DNA of 63,791 nucleotides, counting the filler, from Octopus bimaculoides (lineage: Eukaryota), in NCBI RefSeq assembly GCF_001194135.2. It is 8 parts of 8 records of this genome, joined end to end, with 100 filler letters (N's around TTAATTAATTAA, not from the genome) between each part and the next. Parts side by side here need not be neighbours in the genome. Positions count along the whole stretch, not along the records: positions 59,926 to 61,806 come from NC_068985.1; positions 61,907 to 63,791 come from NC_069008.1; 6 more parts are not named here. One strand, written 5' to 3'. Each line of letters starts with the position of its first letter. The stretch's first letter is position 1. The notes beneath the pieces were generated by a model that did not search any database, was not told the origin of the DNA, and saw nothing but the letters and a program-made list of their open reading frames with translations. The position numbers and the translations under genes are program-made. Below, one piece after another: positions 61,401 through 63,791 of the stretch.

Positions 61401-61806
61401 ATGTATACGTATCTGTTTCATTAAGTACACGACTGTGTTCAAATTTTAGAATTTTTATTTGAGATTTTTCTTATTTTCTCGTTATATCGGATCAATAATG
61501 TTCCTAAAATCCCATACGACGTTCCCAGGTGAAATAGATTGGTCACAGAGTATAATTACATTAAATCGATGACTGACATTTATGAGATTATCTCTCCACT
61601 CATCCTGATCAATTTTAAAAGCTCTACATACGATGACATTCTAAATGTTGAATGCAGTCCTTTTGAGACTTAATCGGAAGACATGCACACGGGCACTTAA
61701 CAAAAATGTATGTATATACTCGTGAAACCAATGGTAGCCTTAATACACAAATAAAGAAAGACTAACCACCATTGTGGTGTTGAGCACTCATTGCCATCGT
61801 ATGACA

Positions 61807-61906
61807 NNNNNNNNNNNNNNNNNNNNNNNNNNNNNNNNNNNNNNNNNNNNTTAATTAATTAANNNNNNNNNNNNNNNNNNNNNNNNNNNNNNNNNNNNNN
61901 NNNNNN
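61807..61906. other. Artificial 100-bp join spacer
   Basis: N44-TTAATTAATTAA-N44. Confidence 0.97.
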
Positions 61907-62226
61907 TGGGCAAGTGTCTTCTATTATAGCCTCGGGCTGACCAAAGCCTTGTAAGTGGATTTGGTAGACGGAAACTGAAAGAAGCCCGTCGTATATATGT
62001 ATGTGTGTGTGTATATGTTTGTGTGTCTGTGTTCCCCCAACATCGCTTGACAACTGATGCTAGTGTGCTTACGTCCCCGTAACTTAGTGGTTCGGCAAAA
62101 AGAGACCGATAGAATAAGTACTTGGCTTACAAAGAATAAGTCCTGGGGTCGATTTGATTCGACTAAAGGCGGTGCTCCAGCATGGCCGCAGTCAAATGAC
62201 TGAAACAAGTAAAAGAATAAAAGAAA
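61907..62226 (+). mobile_element. SINE family A (head cut by linker)
   Basis: Closely matches 17860-18205. Confidence 0.92.
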
Positions 62227-62667
62227 TGAAAATAAATATATATATATATATATATAAAGAAAAGCAGCAAAGTTTAGAATCAAACATAGGCAATTATAGA
62301 AATTATCGGAGAGTCACTCACCGTTCTCGCAGACAAAATGCTGCTACTCTAAAAGCAATCATAATATTTATAGAAGATTGAATGTGTATGTGTTAATGAA
62401 TGTCTGTATGCTTGAGTGTATGGCCAAGTCGAGTCTATTGTAGCTTGTTTCGACAAAACTAAACAGTTACGAAGTGGCTCATTGCTGTACTGTTTGGTTA
62501 AAGGTTGCTGACAGGAATGAGGTGAGTGCAGTACTTAGTTCGAATCTTGCCTGCGACTGGCAATTGATGATTTACTAATTAAAAACGCCACCAAGTCTGT
62601 CCATCTACGTTGGAGGAAACTGGTTATCGGTTGGTATAAGGGGTATCCCCGGAATGAACAGGCATGT

Positions 62668-63008
62668 AGTGGTTTAATGTGTATTATAATCAGGGTTTCA
62701 ATTCCCAGACTGGGCGTTGTGAGTGTTTATTGAGCGAAAACACCTAAAGCTCCACGAGGCTCCGGCAGGGGATGGTGGCGAACCCTGCTGTACTCTTCCA
62801 CCACAACTTTCTATTGTGCCTGTAATTTCAAAAGTCAGCCTTGTCACACTCTGTGTCACGCTGAATATCCCCCGAGAACTACGTTAAGGGTACACATGTC
62901 TGTGGAGTGCTCAGCCATTTGCACGTTAATTTGACGAGCAGGCTGTTCCGTTGATCGGATCAACTGGAACCCTCGACGTCGTAAGCGACGGAGTATCAAC
63001 CACCACCA
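62668..63008 (+). mobile_element. SINE family C copy
   Basis: Closely matches 53395-53720, with an internal deletion near 62810. Confidence 0.9.
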
Positions 63009-63478
63009 CTTTGCCTATGATTTCTGGAACTGTCGGTTTATGACGATTATACATGATAAGCAGTATATGTACGTGAGCAAGGCCACGTTTTTTGCCATTC
63101 AATAGTTAGTGTATAGGTGACCACTTTTCCCAGAACATGTATTTTCAGTAAGTGATGAAGAAGTGCGTCGAGCTTAACTTTGAAAACTCGACAGGCAATA
63201 TCAGGCTGGTCGTGTACATACTCCCCTGGAAACAAAACGGTCTGTATCTCTGTCCATTTTGGATTTGTGGTAAACTTGCTGAAGTAAGCTGGCTTTCCCA
63301 TGGCTCTCACTGTTGCCATGGCGTTTTGGAAGGCCTCGCTGTAAATTCTTGGACTGCCAGTAATGGTTGGTGGGAGAATAATCCTTCGTCCAAGTATTAA
63401 TGTATCAATTTTGTTGACAGCATCAAGCAACTCTGAGTATTTTTCTGCTCTGATTATCTTTTGATGGAGTTTCACCCA
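63003..63478 (-). mobile_element. Helitron Rep (HUH) domain fragment
   Basis: GRRIILPPTITGSPR..AMATVR.MGKP..FTTNPKW.EI..PDIACRVFK.KL..LGKV..TIEWQK(fs)RGLAHVHILL. Confidence 0.92.
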
Positions 63479-63519
63479 CCTTAGCCTGCTCCATTCTACT
63501 TTCGCCCACTCTTACTCTT

Positions 63520-63791
63520 TACTTTTTACTCTTTTACTTGTTTCAGTCATTTGACTGCGGCCATGCTGGAGCACCACCTTTAGTCGGGCAAATCGACCCC
63601 GGGACTTATTTTTTGGAAGCCTAGTACTTATTCAATCGGTCTCTTTTGCCGAACCGCTAAGTGACGGGGACATAAACACACCAGCATCGGTTGTCAAGCA
63701 ATGCTAGGTGGACAAACACAGACACACAAATACACACGCATATATATACACATATATACGACGGGCTTCTTTCAGTTTCTGTCTACCAAAT
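63520..63791 (-). mobile_element. SINE family A copy, runs off the window end
   Basis: CTTTTACTTGTTTCAGTCATTTGACTGCGGCCATGCTGGAGCACC..CCGAACCGCTAAG..GGTTGTCAAGC..ACGGGCTTCTTTCAGTTT. Confidence 0.92.

Noticed and set aside
1266-62381. Long ORFs of poly-X, CV/YI/HT repeats, poly-I/Y/N/S/H/G in the supplied track
   Set aside because: They are translations of N gaps and microsatellites, many with non-ATG starts; there is no coding signal.
10825-63478. A single 52-kb giant Helitron with captured cargo
   Set aside because: Seven artificial joins lie between the two coding pieces, and no 5' TC terminus was identified.

Overview
AT-rich, microsatellite-dense eukaryotic DNA with many gaps. The repeat families resemble those I recall from octopus genomes; the species is an inference, not verified. 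I found no intact host protein-coding gene, rRNA, functional tRNA gene or CRISPR array, and most of the supplied ORFs are microsatellite or N-run artefacts. The window is a mosaic of decayed mobile elements: Penelope-like elements (RT and GIY-YIG pieces), RTE, R4/Dong-like and L1/Tx1 LINE fragments, Helitron fragments (Rep HUH, helicase, 3' hairpin-CTAG end), mariner remnants and MITEs, and at least four tRNA-derived SINE families. Seven identical 100-bp spacers (N44-TTAATTAATTAA-N44) show that eight separate assembly pieces were joined, so adjacency across them is unproven. The signals most worth following up: (1) several minimal type I hammerhead-ribozyme motifs of the Penelope type, one with intact catalytic boxes and all three stems (4726-4804) and one with an intact core (51552-51634); (2) a 126-bp-arm fold-back next to a tRNA-like sequence at the 5' junction of an RTE; (3) R4/Dong-like elements embedded in two different microsatellites; (4) LINE 3' ends carrying tandem C2H2 fingers. 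These belong to known element classes. I cannot claim a wholly new system from this sequence alone.
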